Positions 1-11,157 of a stretch of DNA of 64,000 nt are shown one piece after another. The position numbers were made by a program, and so were the translations under genes. The notes beneath the pieces are model-generated. The model made no database searches. It was not told the DNA's origin and saw only the letters and a program-made list of their open reading frames with translations. Where the stretch lies: positions 704,001 through 768,000 of the forward strand of contig CBDBLX010000002.1 in the NCBI GenBank assembly GCA_965207445.1, written 5' to 3'. How positions within the stretch are numbered: position 1 is the first letter of the stretch; every line of letters starts with the position of its first letter. Origin of the DNA: Nitrosopumilus sp. (lineage in GTDB: Archaea > Thermoproteota > Nitrososphaeria > Nitrososphaerales > Nitrosopumilaceae).

Positions 1-234
1 ATTATTCTCATCGACTGCGAGAAATTGTGGGTGTACGAATGCCCCCTCTTTTCCTATTCCATACGCGCCCCAATTATATATCTCTGAATGATCAATGCTT
101 GCAAATGTCATTTGTGTATCTGCTGACATGCTTACTATCATTGCACCTATTACAAATACAGTAATTCCAAATAATACAATGTCAAATTTGACGACTCTTG
201 CCATGTGGTCAATACGCTTGACTGGTCTGTTCAT
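1..234 (-). CDS. 5' part of a secreted NHL-repeat/beta-propeller-like protein (runs off window)
   Basis: Manual translation MNRPVKRIDHMARVVKFDIVLFGITVFVIGAMIVSMSA...NWGAYGIGKEGAFVHPQFLAVDENN: hydrophobic signal then NHL-type 'G.F..P..LAVD' motif; start may be 204. Confidence 0.6.
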   Translation of the reverse strand, partial: MNRPVKRIDHMARVVKFDIVLFGITVFVIGAMIVSMSADTQMTFASIDHSEIYNWGAYGIGKEGAFVHPQFLAVDENN

Positions 235-439
235 AATATTATATTATAATAAAAGGTAATTACCATGCGTGTAAATAATTGTTGGGTCACTTGTCGAATT
301 TAGTTGACCTTTTTTTACCACTTTTAGCTGGATTGATGTTGAATTCCTAGAATACTTGTCACATATGATGTATTCATTGAACTGAATATGTGAGGTTTGT
401 AAAATTTACATTATGTTTGTTGAATAACTGGGCATTTTG

Positions 440-1351
440 TCAGAATGGCTTGTTTACATCTTTTGTAAAGACATAACTTGCTATTGCCACCATACCTGCA
501 ACAAATCCCACTATAACTGCAAATCCTATGAACATGGTGATGTCGCCTTCTGATACACCTGTCATCATCTCCCTTATGAGCAGTACTGCATACGTGACTG
601 GATTGAACTTTGCAAGAGTGGACAGCCACTCTGGAAGTAACTCGAGTGGAAACAGTGCAGGACTCATCATAAAAAGCGGCATCCCGAGCATATTGATCAT
701 GCCCCAAAAAGTCTCTTGCGATTTAGCAGTGGCTGCAACAGTTACAGATACTCCTGCAAATCCTAGTGAGAACAATATGACTATGCCCATAATTGGTATT
801 ATCATAATGGGATCTGAGAAAGTGACTCCTATTGCAAGTGCAATTCCTATTATGAGACTTGCTTGTAGTGCTGCGACTAGTGATATGGCCGCCATCTTGC
901 CGAGTGCAATTGATGCTCGTGAGATGGGTGTTGTTAGAACCATGTTCATAAAGCCGTATCGTCTGTCCCACAACGTATTGACTCCGCCAAATATACTTGT
1001 GAATATTGCAGTTAACACTATGACACCTGGCGCCATGAACTCGATATACTCTCCATCAAACCCAACTGACTCTATGAGTGGTTGTGTCCCTGCAAATGTA
1101 TTTCCCACTACTATTATCCATATTGCAGGTTGGATTAATCTGATGAGTACTCCGCTTTTTGATTTTTTGTATCGTTTTGCCTCTCTCCAAAATATCGTGT
1201 ATGCATCATATATTGCTGATTTAAATGATGATACAGGACTGTCTGTATGTAATGATGCTGTTGCTACTGCTACTGATGATGATGATTCTGATGGCAACGA
1301 AGCATGTCGTTGTGATGAATCTGTATGCTTATTTTGATGATCATGTGACAT
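440..1351 (-). CDS. ABC-2 type exporter permease (DrrB-like) with His/Ser-rich N-terminal extension
   Basis: Six hydrophobic segments, 'YIEFMAPG', 'FNPVTYAV'; directly downstream of ABC ATPase. Confidence 0.9.
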   Translation of the reverse strand: MSHDHQNKHTDSSQRHASLPSESSSSVAVATASLHTDSPVSSFKSAIYDAYTIFWREAKRYKKSKSGVLIRLIQPAIWIIVVGNTFAGTQPLIESVGFDGEYIEFMAPGVIVLTAIFTSIFGGVNTLWDRRYGFMNMVLTTPISRASIALGKMAAISLVAALQASLIIGIALAIGVTFSDPIMIIPIMGIVILFSLGFAGVSVTVAATAKSQETFWGMINMLGMPLFMMSPALFPLELLPEWLSTLAKFNPVTYAVLLIREMMTGVSEGDITMFIGFAVIVGFVAGMVAIASYVFTKDVNKPF

Positions 1352-1353
1352 AG

Positions 1354-2367
1354 TTACACCTTTCCCCTGTTCCTCTTCTTTCTTGCAATTTCTCGTCTTT
1401 GACTAAGTCCTGAATCATCCTCATCTCTTATCTCATGTCCTGTGTGATGTAAAAAGACATCGTCTAGTGTTGGATGTTTGACATTTATACTCTCAATTGT
1501 TGCCCCGCATCTTGCCGCTGCTTGAAATATCTTGGGTACTGATTCTGTGCCGTTTGATGCTATCATGGTAATGGAATTACATGTATGATCATAATGTATG
1601 TTGGATAACATGTCTGCCATATCTTGTAACTGTGACTGCATCTCTTGAATCTTGTCATGTATGACAATTGATATGATTTCATTACCCAGATTATCTTTCA
1701 TGTGTGATGGCTTGTCAATTACAATTATTTTGCCACCATCTATTATTCCAATTCTATCACATAGGTTGTCTGCTTCTTCCATGTAATGTGTGGTCAAAAA
1801 TACCGTAACGTTATACTCTGTGTGAATTTTTTTAATATAATCCCAGATCTTTCTGCGCGTCTGTATGTCTAGTCCTACAGTTGGCTCATCTAAAAATAGT
1901 ACCTCTGGCATGTGTAGCAAACCACCTGCTATGTCTAATCTCTTACGCATCCCACCTGAATACCCATTTACATAATCATGTTGTTTGTCCTCTAATTCTA
2001 CTAGTTGTAACATCTCATCTATTCTGGACTCTGTTATGTCTTTTGGTATGTGTGAGAGTCTTGCATGCAGATGCAAGTTTTCACGGCCCGTCATATATTC
2101 ATCAACTGATGTGTCTTGTTGTATGTATCCTATTTTTTGTCTGACTTTTTTGGGATCTTTTACTATGTTGTATCCACCTATGTATGCTGTCCCTGAGGAT
2201 GGTCCTAGTAAAGTGGTGAGCATCATTATGGTAGTACTTTTACCTGCTCCATTTGGGCCAAGAAATCCGAATATTTCTCCTGATTCGACCTCAAATGATA
2301 TGTCATTTACTGCTGTCAGTTCTCCGAATTTTTTTGTTAAATGTTTTGTATTTATTGCACTCAACAA
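1354..2367 (-). CDS. ABC exporter ATP-binding protein (DrrA-like)
   Basis: Walker A GPNGAGKST, signature YSGGMRKRL, Walker B LFLDEPT, C-terminal PTLDDVFL. Confidence 0.95.
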   Translation of the reverse strand: MLSAINTKHLTKKFGELTAVNDISFEVESGEIFGFLGPNGAGKSTTIMMLTTLLGPSSGTAYIGGYNIVKDPKKVRQKIGYIQQDTSVDEYMTGRENLHLHARLSHIPKDITESRIDEMLQLVELEDKQHDYVNGYSGGMRKRLDIAGGLLHMPEVLFLDEPTVGLDIQTRRKIWDYIKKIHTEYNVTVFLTTHYMEEADNLCDRIGIIDGGKIIVIDKPSHMKDNLGNEIISIVIHDKIQEMQSQLQDMADMLSNIHYDHTCNSITMIASNGTESVPKIFQAAARCGATIESINVKHPTLDDVFLHHTGHEIRDEDDSGLSQRREIARKKRNRGKV

Positions 2368-2569
2368 TTATCGTTATCTGGTCCCAATTATAATTTAAAT
2401 GAGTTTAAAATGTGTGTATGTTCAATCAATTGTTGGTGAGTTGAGTCAAAAAGGATGGTACATGAATTTGGCCATGGTATAGACACTGAATTTTTTTCTT
2501 CGATAGTATCTAATAATGAGTCACCTTTAAATCTCATGTATAATTTGTATTGATAATGGAGCGTGATAA

Positions 2570-4831
2570 GTGATGGGCGCAATGCTTAATGTTATCATTG
2601 CACTTGCAGTTGTAGTAGGAATTGTAGTTGCCATTGCAATATCTTTTGATAATGAGGTCGATGTTGTTGATGATAATGGTAATAACATGAGTTCATCTAC
2701 TGATCCTTTGTCAAATGGAACTCTCATACTAGACAATAGCACAACACTGTCTATATCACAAGGACAAATCATGGAGATCTCAGATAGAATACACCTAAGT
2801 GAGATATTATCTGCGTCTCTCGTTTCACCAAATCAATATTGGAATCAGCCGATGTTTCGTGAAATGGCTGTGCCTGCGTTGGCCCCTTCTATTATGGATG
2901 AGTCATTTATGTTTGATGATACGGTTGCACTTGATTCAGAATCCTTTACAATTACATCTGATGCAGACTATTCCACTACAAACGTTCAAGTCAAAGGTGT
3001 AGATGAGCCAGACTATATAAAAAATGATGGAGAGTATGCGTATATAGTCACTGACAACAACTTGATTATAGTGGATTTGTTGCCTGCCTCTGAGATTCAC
3101 GTAAAGACCAAAGTTGCACTTGATATTGATAACAATGATATTGAGAACATATTTCTAAATGGAAATGATCTTGTTCTATTCTATTCAGATCAAAGTGATA
3201 GTCTTGTGATCCGAGAGTATGAGTTCATACCGCAGAGCTCTTACAAGCCTGTAACCCGTGCTGTTGTAATTGATGTATCTGATCGTGAATCGCCTGCAAT
3301 ACGTGCTGATTATACAATTGATGGTAGGTTTAATGACGCTCGTATGGTAGACAAACATGTGTATATAATCACAACTAGCTATCTTGATTATGACTATCCT
3401 GAATTTCCAATAATTACTTTTGATGATGCGCGTATAACTCCAAAGGCATTTTACTTTGAGGGTGAATCTCATTTCTCAACATTTACAACACTCTCATCAC
3501 TAGACCTCTCAAATGATTACTCTGTTACATCTGAGACATTTTTGATGGGTGATACTGGAACATACTATGTCACACATTCTAACTTTTACCTTACGTATCT
3601 TCAAAGCTTACCACCTGGGTATAATTATGAACAAGCAGCTCATGAGCGCTTTGTCAAGGTCATTGTTCCATTACTGCCTAGTGATGTCCAGAATGAAATA
3701 ATGGACATGCTGCAGACTCGATGGGTAGAAGGCTCCCAAAAGTCTTGGCGAAGTATATCGGATATTCTTCAGAATTACTATAATTCTCTTGATGCTGATC
3801 AACGTGATGAGTTATTCATAAGTATAGAGAATGCTCTTATTGTGTATGATAATGAGATAATGCAAGAGCAGACACGCACTGTAATACATAAAGTATCCAT
3901 TGATGAAAGCGACATTGATTATGAGGCTCGTGGTTCTGTACCTGGCAGATTGTTAAATCAGTTCTCACTTGGTGAAAGTGGGAATGGTGAACGACTTCGT
4001 GTAGCAACTACTGTTGAATACCATACAGAGTTTGGAGGATTTGAGCGCTCAAATAGCGTTTACACTTTGGATGCTGATTTGGATATTGTAGGCAAGCTGG
4101 AAAATATCGCATTTGATGAAAGTATTTACTCTGTTAGATTTATGGATGATAGACTTTACATGGTTACTTTTCAGCAGATCGATCCATTTTTTGTAATTGA
4201 TATATCCGGTGACGTGCCACGTATATTGGGTGAGCTAAAAATTCCTGGGTTCTCAAACTATCTCCATCCGTATGATGATGATCATGTGATTGGAATTGGA
4301 CGTGATACAAAACTTGTAGATGGTAGGTGGGTGCAACCACTTGGTATTAAAATTGCACTGTTTAATGTCGCTGATGTATCAAACCCAATAGTTGCAGATG
4401 AGATAATTATTGGAGATGATCGCACTCATTCTGCTGCACTTGGAGATCACAAGGCCTTTTTCTTTGACAAACAACGTGATATAATGTCAATGCCAATTGA
4501 AGGATCATTTGATAGTATCAAAGATACTCTTAGAAAATTTGAGGTAAATAACATATTTGATTCTGGCATATTTTCAGAAGACTATTGGACTGGTTTTTAC
4601 ATAATTGATGTCAAAAACACTACAGGTATTGATGTGCGTGGTGCAATATCACACTCTGTTTTATCTAATAGTCCGCACAATTCTGATACATTGCCACGTA
4701 CATTTTACATTGATGATGTAATGTATACTGTCTCAAATTCTGCAATAATTGCAAGTGATATTAACTCACTTGATCGATTGGGATTTGTCAAGCTCACTGG
4801 AACTGGGTTGTTAATTGATTATCTGGACTGA
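2570..4831 (+). CDS. Membrane-anchored secreted beta-propeller domain protein
   Basis: N-terminal TM; 'YSTTNVQVKGVDEPDYIKNDG', 'VTFQQIDPFFVID', 'GELKIPGFSNYLHP' motifs. Confidence 0.85.
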   Translation: MMGAMLNVIIALAVVVGIVVAIAISFDNEVDVVDDNGNNMSSSTDPLSNGTLILDNSTTLSISQGQIMEISDRIHLSEILSASLVSPNQYWNQPMFREMAVPALAPSIMDESFMFDDTVALDSESFTITSDADYSTTNVQVKGVDEPDYIKNDGEYAYIVTDNNLIIVDLLPASEIHVKTKVALDIDNNDIENIFLNGNDLVLFYSDQSDSLVIREYEFIPQSSYKPVTRAVVIDVSDRESPAIRADYTIDGRFNDARMVDKHVYIITTSYLDYDYPEFPIITFDDARITPKAFYFEGESHFSTFTTLSSLDLSNDYSVTSETFLMGDTGTYYVTHSNFYLTYLQSLPPGYNYEQAAHERFVKVIVPLLPSDVQNEIMDMLQTRWVEGSQKSWRSISDILQNYYNSLDADQRDELFISIENALIVYDNEIMQEQTRTVIHKVSIDESDIDYEARGSVPGRLLNQFSLGESGNGERLRVATTVEYHTEFGGFERSNSVYTLDADLDIVGKLENIAFDESIYSVRFMDDRLYMVTFQQIDPFFVIDISGDVPRILGELKIPGFSNYLHPYDDDHVIGIGRDTKLVDGRWVQPLGIKIALFNVADVSNPIVADEIIIGDDRTHSAALGDHKAFFFDKQRDIMSMPIEGSFDSIKDTLRKFEVNNIFDSGIFSEDYWTGFYIIDVKNTTGIDVRGAISHSVLSNSPHNSDTLPRTFYIDDVMYTVSNSAIIASDINSLDRLGFVKLTGTGLLIDYLD

Positions 4832-5044
4832 TGTTTATTTGGTGTATTATAGAGTGTATGTACATTTTTTATCAAAGTTTGATCAATTCCGCATTTATTC
4901 ACTAGAACTTGGTTTTTAGATTTTTTATCAAATTTTATATGATTAAATATTGTTGTATGTTGTCTTTTTTTTATTTGTAACGAGTGTCAAAAATTAACTT
5001 ATAATAAATCATATAAATAATAAACTTTACTTCTACTATTATTA

Positions 5045-5752
5045 TTATATAATATGGACTATGGTGGTCAATCCTCTCTTTTCAATCTCTGATTCGTTGC
5101 CGTCAATTTCTACAAATGTTATAGTAAATGATATTAGATCTCGTCGTTGTGCGTTGTGCGCATGTAGTGTCAACTCTACATTTAATGTCTCTTGTGCTAT
5201 ATTTGATGAATCTTGCTCAATGTATGCATCGCATGTGGACTCTACTCTGAACTTTGAATTCTTAAAGTGTGATCCTATGATCATTTTTCTATTTGATCTC
5301 GCATTTGCCCTTGCAGTCACTTTAATGGAACCTGCTCTTGCTTCTGTATAGCTTGCCATCTTGTTTACAAATACGCCTATCTCAAGTGGTTTACCCGCTG
5401 TTGCCTCTGCCATCTTTTGCAATCCATCATTCATTGCAATATCTACTGACTTTATACTCTGAGCAACTTTTGCAATCCATTCACAACTTCTTTGTACTAC
5501 TGCATGTATCTCTGCACGTCTGCGTGTGTCTTCTTCTGCCGGTAGTTTGTAGTAATCAACCCATGCCTCATAATCGTGTTGTATGTCTTCAAGAAAATCC
5601 ATACATACTCGTCTATACTCATTTACATCATCTGTTCTCTCTGACTCGTCTTCAGAGTACATTGCACTACTTGCGCCACTGTTATCATCATTGAAATCCA
5701 TTGGCATTGCCATATAGTATGTGTGTTGTGTGGGTGTAAAAAACAGTTGCAT
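5045..5752 (-). CDS. Hypothetical protein (start probably downstream of 5752)
   Basis: Long ORF with protein-like composition. Confidence 0.6.
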   Translation of the reverse strand: MQLFFTPTQHTYYMAMPMDFNDDNSGASSAMYSEDESERTDDVNEYRRVCMDFLEDIQHDYEAWVDYYKLPAEEDTRRRAEIHAVVQRSCEWIAKVAQSIKSVDIAMNDGLQKMAEATAGKPLEIGVFVNKMASYTEARAGSIKVTARANARSNRKMIIGSHFKNSKFRVESTCDAYIEQDSSNIAQETLNVELTLHAHNAQRRDLISFTITFVEIDGNESEIEKRGLTTIVHII

Positions 5753-5892
5753 CTTTTTACAGTTAGATATATCAATCGTATGAAGATGCTATGGTGTATA
5801 TGGCAATGTTTACTCGTATTGTCTCTGACTTGCAAGACCAGTTGCATGGCAATCTTGCACAGATAATTTTACTATTACATCAGAATCCTGCC

Positions 5893-6294
5893 ATGGGTTA
5901 TACTCGTATTGTGGATATCGGGAAAAAGGTGGGTCGTGCATATGGTATCAACTTGGTGGTCAATTTTCCAAAGGAGGGTCGTATAAATGAGTATGACATG
6001 TATGGTAAGCGAGACCTCAGTTTGATCATAGACTATGAGCGAAAAAAATTCCCCATAGATCGTGATATAATAAAGGCAAAAGTTCTTGAAATATTTGGAA
6101 ATTCTGTAAAGACGCAGGATGCATACATGTATGAGGACAAAGAAGGTGTGCGTGTGTACACTGATAAATGGAAGATCGATATATTGCCTCACTCTCTTCA
6201 CATATGGACTGTATTTGATGAGCGTGTCACGTCTCTTTGTGACTGGCTACTTACTGTAGTATATCTTATGAAAGATACTTCTGATGTAAAATAA
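5893..6294 (+). CDS. Conserved thaumarchaeal hypothetical protein
   Basis: ORF 5791-6294; likely start MGYTRI at 5893. Confidence 0.6.
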   Translation: MGYTRIVDIGKKVGRAYGINLVVNFPKEGRINEYDMYGKRDLSLIIDYERKKFPIDRDIIKAKVLEIFGNSVKTQDAYMYEDKEGVRVYTDKWKIDILPHSLHIWTVFDERVTSLCDWLLTVVYLMKDTSDVK

Positions 6295-6386
6295 TAGATG
6301 TATTGATCATTTTTTTAATTTTCACAGACGATATAATCAAAATTGATTCATTACTGGCAGTTTGGTCTCGATTTGTTGATAATTAT

Positions 6387-6740
6387 TTAGACTCCTTGTA
6401 ATTCGTCAAACAATGCCTGTGCTTCAAAATCATTGGGGTCAATCTCTAGTATTTGGCTTGTTGCAATTGTGGCCTTTTCTTTTTGGCCCAACATTAGATG
6501 TGCATTTGTTTTTAGTTTTAATGTCTCTACATCGTCACTCTTTAAACTCAATGCTTTTTCAAAGTACTCTAGTGCTTTTTGAGCATCTTCGACCATAAAG
6601 TAGGTGCTTCCCATGATAAACATAAAGTCATGATCATTTTCATATTTTGTTTCTAATTCTTTACCAAGTGCAATTGCTTCTATATACTCACCGTCTGCTA
6701 TCATTTTTCTGATCTTTCGTTTAGGGTATAACATTGACAT
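6387..6740 (-). CDS. TPR-repeat protein
   Basis: Helical TPR pattern 'AQKALEYFEKALSLKSDDVETL', 'ILEIDPND'. Confidence 0.8.
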   Translation of the reverse strand: MSMLYPKRKIRKMIADGEYIEAIALGKELETKYENDHDFMFIMGSTYFMVEDAQKALEYFEKALSLKSDDVETLKLKTNAHLMLGQKEKATIATSQILEIDPNDFEAQALFDELQGV

Positions 6741-6771
6741 CTAACTCGTGTTTTTTTGTTTTATGGCAATG

Positions 6772-8322
6772 TTATGATATGACCATGATCCCACTCTGAA
6801 TCAAAAATTGTATAGCCTGCACAAATGTGTTGTCATCAATTATGCCCTGAGACCACCATTCTGCATTACTCTTTACCCATGTAGGTATCTCGTTTGCTTG
6901 GTCTGTTGTTGTAATATTATCTGTTTGTGATGCTGCTGCTGGAATCTGTATTATTTTCTCATTGATCAAAAACTGTATACCTTGCACAAAAGAATCATCA
7001 TCAATCAAACCCTCTGCCCACCATCCGGCATTACTCTTTACCCAGTCTGGTATTTGCATCTCTTGCACATCATTACTATCATCATTCATTATGGTTTCTG
7101 TTTCATCTAATTTGTCATTCTCTATTATGGTAATTGGTATCTGTACATAATCATTTGGATCTGTAGGGACAATATGTTCTGGTGATGTTCCATATACCCA
7201 TATGACATAATTTTCAACTCCTGGTTTCTCCATTACTATCATATCAAGTAAATATTGTCCAGACTGTGAGTATAGAAACTGTCTACCCTCTTCATTTGCA
7301 ATGGATCTTGTGGTGCGTAAATCACTATCTGTTGTAAACACATCAAACTGTACTTGGTTTAAAAATTCTGTCTCATCGTACTTTTTCATGAATTTTATGA
7401 GCAATTGCATATTACAACCTTCCTTTGGCTCTTCAGGGCCATACGATACGTGCACTTGATACAATGAACCCACTGTCTGTTTCTTTATGGTTGTATCTTT
7501 GTCAAATTTTTCTTCACATCCTTTTGTTGCTGAAAGATCGTTTGTAGATACCACGTCTGCAAATGGATTCTCTGTTATGCCTTCTTTGTAATCTAATAGT
7601 ACAAACTCATACTCTACTGGTGGAATTCCCTCTGGCACATGTACGAATGTTTTTGCTTTTATTGGAAATGGAAATTCATCTGCTACCCATACCTCACTAA
7701 CTGCACCGCCCGTTCTCCATCCAACTATGACCGTTTCCCAAGTAATTCCTGCTGCATTTATCTCATCTAATTCACGCGGCATTACCTGCTCACCTCCAAT
7801 GTTTGCTATCTTCCCCCATGATACATCTTTGAATGCTTTTGGCCCCTTTCCTTCTTGTGTGCTTTCTGCAGTTGCAAATGCTGACAACCATGCAATTGAG
7901 GACTTGAATGGGTTACGATATTTTTTTATCTCATCTGATCCGCCTGTGGGCTCTGGTGTAATCTTGCCCAATTCCATGTTTCCTACTATTGTATTTCTTC
8001 CATCATACACTACTGTCTCTGCTAGCCATTTTGTCTCACTACCCACCTGTATTTCACCTCTTATCCAGAGATCAATTTCAAATTTAACACACTCTTTGTA
8101 ATTTATGTGACACATAGAATATGAAAAATAGTCACCTTGTTTGAGGCCCTCGCCTGCATACCATGTACCTTCTTTGTCAACTCCGCCAGTTTGAAATTGT
8201 GCAAACGCCTCTGGTGTGTTTGTTGTCGTTGTTGTTGTGATTGCTATGGCCAATAGCATAAACACAGATAATATTGATAATGTTAATCTGGTGTTCATCT
8301 TGAGCAAACTACCTGTTTTCAA
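6772..8322 (-). CDS. Secreted protein with two C-terminal thaumarchaeal IPxWVKxNAxWW repeats
   Basis: Signal peptide ending AFA; 'IPDWVKSNAGWWAEGLIDDDSFVQGIQFLI' and 'IPTWVKSNAEWWSQG'. Confidence 0.8.
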   Translation of the reverse strand: MKTGSLLKMNTRLTLSILSVFMLLAIAITTTTTTNTPEAFAQFQTGGVDKEGTWYAGEGLKQGDYFSYSMCHINYKECVKFEIDLWIRGEIQVGSETKWLAETVVYDGRNTIVGNMELGKITPEPTGGSDEIKKYRNPFKSSIAWLSAFATAESTQEGKGPKAFKDVSWGKIANIGGEQVMPRELDEINAAGITWETVIVGWRTGGAVSEVWVADEFPFPIKAKTFVHVPEGIPPVEYEFVLLDYKEGITENPFADVVSTNDLSATKGCEEKFDKDTTIKKQTVGSLYQVHVSYGPEEPKEGCNMQLLIKFMKKYDETEFLNQVQFDVFTTDSDLRTTRSIANEEGRQFLYSQSGQYLLDMIVMEKPGVENYVIWVYGTSPEHIVPTDPNDYVQIPITIIENDKLDETETIMNDDSNDVQEMQIPDWVKSNAGWWAEGLIDDDSFVQGIQFLINEKIIQIPAAASQTDNITTTDQANEIPTWVKSNAEWWSQGIIDDNTFVQAIQFLIQSGIMVIS

Positions 8323-8446
8323 ACTATATCTTTTACGATAATCGAATAGTTAAACGTTATTTTATCAAATATTTTGCATACTGTCTATTTATTGGATTAT
8401 GACACTCAAATAAGCAAATATATCGGTAATTTTTACTAGAATCAGT

Positions 8447-8611
8447 ATGTGTGATTGTTCTCGTATACACTTGTATGAGGTGGAGTTTAAACTCGATGGT
8501 TTGATCGTTGTACCCACGTGCAAAAAATGTGGCTTTGCACTAGATGAAAAACAAGCAGAAAAATTCCAAAAAACTCTAGTTAAATCTTGGGGTATGGAAG
8601 TAGAAGAATAA
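8447..8611 (+). CDS. Small Cys-rich protein (54 aa, below ORF-track cutoff)
   Basis: MCDCSRIHLYEVEFKLDGLIVVPTCKKCGFALDEKQAEKFQKTLVKSWGMEVEE; CxC and CxxC motifs. Confidence 0.7.
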   Translation: MCDCSRIHLYEVEFKLDGLIVVPTCKKCGFALDEKQAEKFQKTLVKSWGMEVEE

Positions 8612-8891
8612 GTATGCCTTGATGATCAAAACACAAAGTTGTAGTTGTGTGTGACGTGTGTTTTTTGTATAGTTATGATTAAAGACGATAATACATGTCA
8701 AAAACTTTACATTGGTTGTACTGTCACTCACATATCATTATGTGATTATTTTTATATGGTGAAATATTTGTTAATATTTACCATAATCATAATTAAAAAA
8801 ATCTGCCATAATAATATCTGGCAAATACTTTTAGCAAAAATACTTGATGGTGTGATGTGTGCTAGTCACTCAAACCTGCCCATCTGAACTG

Positions 8892-9341
8892 TCACTCCAT
8901 CTGTTTGAACTCTTTTTTACTCATTCGAAGGATTACCTTTTCACCAATTCCCCATATGTCTGTCTTTGAGACAATCTTTGTCTTTGTTAATCCATCTGAG
9001 ACTTCTATGGATTCTAGCTCTTCTGTTTCTGGATTTTTATGTATGCGTTTTACTTTTCCTATCTTGTTTTGATCTCCATCTGTGACAGTCGTTCCCACTG
9101 TAATGGGTGGTCTGCTCAAATGCAGTGTCTTTTCTGAGAACTTGTCGATATAATCACTTGTTAAATAGTAGTCTTTGCTAAATCCTTGATGTACGGTCAC
9201 GCCTGAAACTACTAGTGTCTCTGGGTTTATGTGTATGTGCTTTATCTTGCCATACTCCACTCCCTCTCTATCGATGACTTTTCTTCCTCTGAATGTGTCG
9301 GCAGTTACTCCTTGTGTATCATTGAGTTTTGTTGTTGACAT
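8892..9341 (-). CDS. Tandem PRC-barrel domain protein
   Basis: Two 'G..V.D..G..G(K)(I/V)..IH.NPET' repeats. Confidence 0.8.
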   Translation of the reverse strand: MSTTKLNDTQGVTADTFRGRKVIDREGVEYGKIKHIHINPETLVVSGVTVHQGFSKDYYLTSDYIDKFSEKTLHLSRPPITVGTTVTDGDQNKIGKVKRIHKNPETEELESIEVSDGLTKTKIVSKTDIWGIGEKVILRMSKKEFKQME

Positions 9342-9422
9342 GATTATACATTACATAGTTTGCTTATCAATACGCGCATTGGCATTATTATACTAACATA
9401 TGATTAAATTATTTGATTAAAA

Positions 9423-9797
9423 ATGACATACATGCCACACTCCAATGTAAAGAATCGTGCAGATTTATCTACTACCATATCTAGAATGATCTTAATCACA
9501 AGAGGCAGAAAGACGGGAAAACCTCACAAAGTAGAGCTCACAGGCGTCACATACTCCGGTAAGGTATACTTTTCAAGACATAAACCAAATTCGGATTGGT
9601 ATCTTAATGCTACTGCAAATTCTGATGTGGCTGTACAGTTTGATAATCGTCTGATTGCTGGCACTGCACATGTGGTCTGTGATCCAAAATTATTGCAACA
9701 TATATCAGAGTTAAAATATCCTGGTGAGAAGCGGGCAAATGAAAAGAGAGTTGCAATAGAGGTGGAGTTAATTACATCTAGTGAGTTTAGAAATTAA
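9423..9797 (+). CDS. Deazaflavin (F420)-dependent nitroreductase-like split-barrel protein
   Basis: 'LITRGRKTGKPH', 'SDWYLNATAN' motifs. Confidence 0.75.
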   Translation: MTYMPHSNVKNRADLSTTISRMILITRGRKTGKPHKVELTGVTYSGKVYFSRHKPNSDWYLNATANSDVAVQFDNRLIAGTAHVVCDPKLLQHISELKYPGEKRANEKRVAIEVELITSSEFRN

Positions 9798-9827
9798 TCT
9801 ATATTGTATCCTTACGTACTTACTAAC

Positions 9828-10060
9828 GGATCTTCTGCGTTAATCGTTGGTATCTTGCACGCTAATATCATTGCCGTTTGTGCAACATTAATGCGCTACG
9901 TATTATGGCCGTCGTTGCATGAATGCTCAAGACCCTTGGATTCACATGACAAGGTTGCAACCGTTCAGTTATGTATTATCAAAAGTTTATTCAACCACGT
10001 CATGAGTACCTACAGAACTTTACCAGATTTCCGTTACCACACGATTAATGCAAAATATCA
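9828..10060. mobile_element. ~233-bp non-autonomous TIR element (MITE type B), copy 1
   Basis: Highly similar to 11747-11977; imperfect 17-bp TIRs. Confidence 0.8.
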
Positions 10061-11157
10061 GCCTACAGTCCTACTTTATATTCATTCACGTAACTCATAG
10101 AACAATGTCACGTGTAAACTTGCCCGTCGCATTAGGCTTGGTTCTGAACAGATATTGTAACAGTAAAAAAACAGTCAAAATACAATGTATGATCTCAGTA
10201 GTCAGTTTTGACGTAAAAACAGAATTTGAGAAGCCAATATTGGGCTATCAAGTGAGAGTAAAACAGAGTACCGAGTTTGATGGATTCATAGATAATATTT
10301 GTGCGGTCTCACATAACGATGATGAGTTGGGAATGTTCCATTTGGTGCAACAGCAAGATGAGTTCTATCTAATTAGCAGCGAACGGGCAGGAGTATTCAG
10401 GTACATCATATTAAAAATTTTCAAATATCTTTATCCAAAAATTATATTTTCATTCATTCATTCGAGTTCCATGTGTCAAATTTTGTCAGACTTTGAGACA
10501 AAACACAATGTTGAGCTAATGAAAAAGAAATCCATTGAGAAACAACTGTTTGGAATCTCTCCAAGAACTGAAATTTCATACAAAACACAAAAAACAGGCA
10601 GAGAGTACCCAAAAGTAAAAGATACTTTTGAAGAAGCGCAAATGCAAGATTTATGGATTGAAAAAATACAAGTGTTCAGTAATGCCAATAAAAAAACACA
10701 ATTTACCATCTCCAGACGAGGAGAGGTATCTATTGAAAAAGGTACGTTTGATACTTTTTTCTCTACAATTCTTGCGCCAATTATTCAACAAAGTAAACAA
10801 AAACGTAAACAGTTTGAAAATAGGAGTAGGAGCGAACAATCAGATAAAAGACCCAAACCGCTGATTGTGCGATTTGGCAAAGATGTTTTTAAGACAACGA
10901 AAACCAGAAAAGATTTTTCTAAAATCTTGGGCAAATACACAAAATGTAATTATTCTATAATTCACAATGGAAATCCTCATGTGTATTTATCTGTCTTGGA
11001 TAGAATTGATAACTCTTCATTCTCAGTACGAACAATTGGGGATAGTTCTTTGTTGCTGATTCCACAGATTAAAACTTCTGCATTATCTTTGCTAAGATTT
11101 TCCGAATTTCTTGTTTCTTCATTTCATGAAGGAGACATTCAGAACTATGAAACCTAA
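10048..11157 (+). CDS. Uncharacterised cargo protein (likely start 10105 or 10189)
   Basis: Long intact ORF; ATG at 10048 lies within the MITE TIR; overlaps the start of the downstream nuclease pseudogene. Confidence 0.8.
   Translation: MQNISLQSYFIFIHVTHRTMSRVNLPVALGLVLNRYCNSKKTVKIQCMISVVSFDVKTEFEKPILGYQVRVKQSTEFDGFIDNICAVSHNDDELGMFHLVQQQDEFYLISSERAGVFRYIILKIFKYLYPKIIFSFIHSSSMCQILSDFETKHNVELMKKKSIEKQLFGISPRTEISYKTQKTGREYPKVKDTFEEAQMQDLWIEKIQVFSNANKKTQFTISRRGEVSIEKGTFDTFFSTILAPIIQQSKQKRKQFENRSRSEQSDKRPKPLIVRFGKDVFKTTKTRKDFSKILGKYTKCNYSIIHNGNPHVYLSVLDRIDNSSFSVRTIGDSSLLLIPQIKTSALSLLRFSEFLVSSFHEGDIQNYET

Noticed and set aside
528..1337. 269-aa plus-strand ORF and similar antisense ORFs elsewhere
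   Set aside because: Shadow frames of well-supported genes on the opposite strand.
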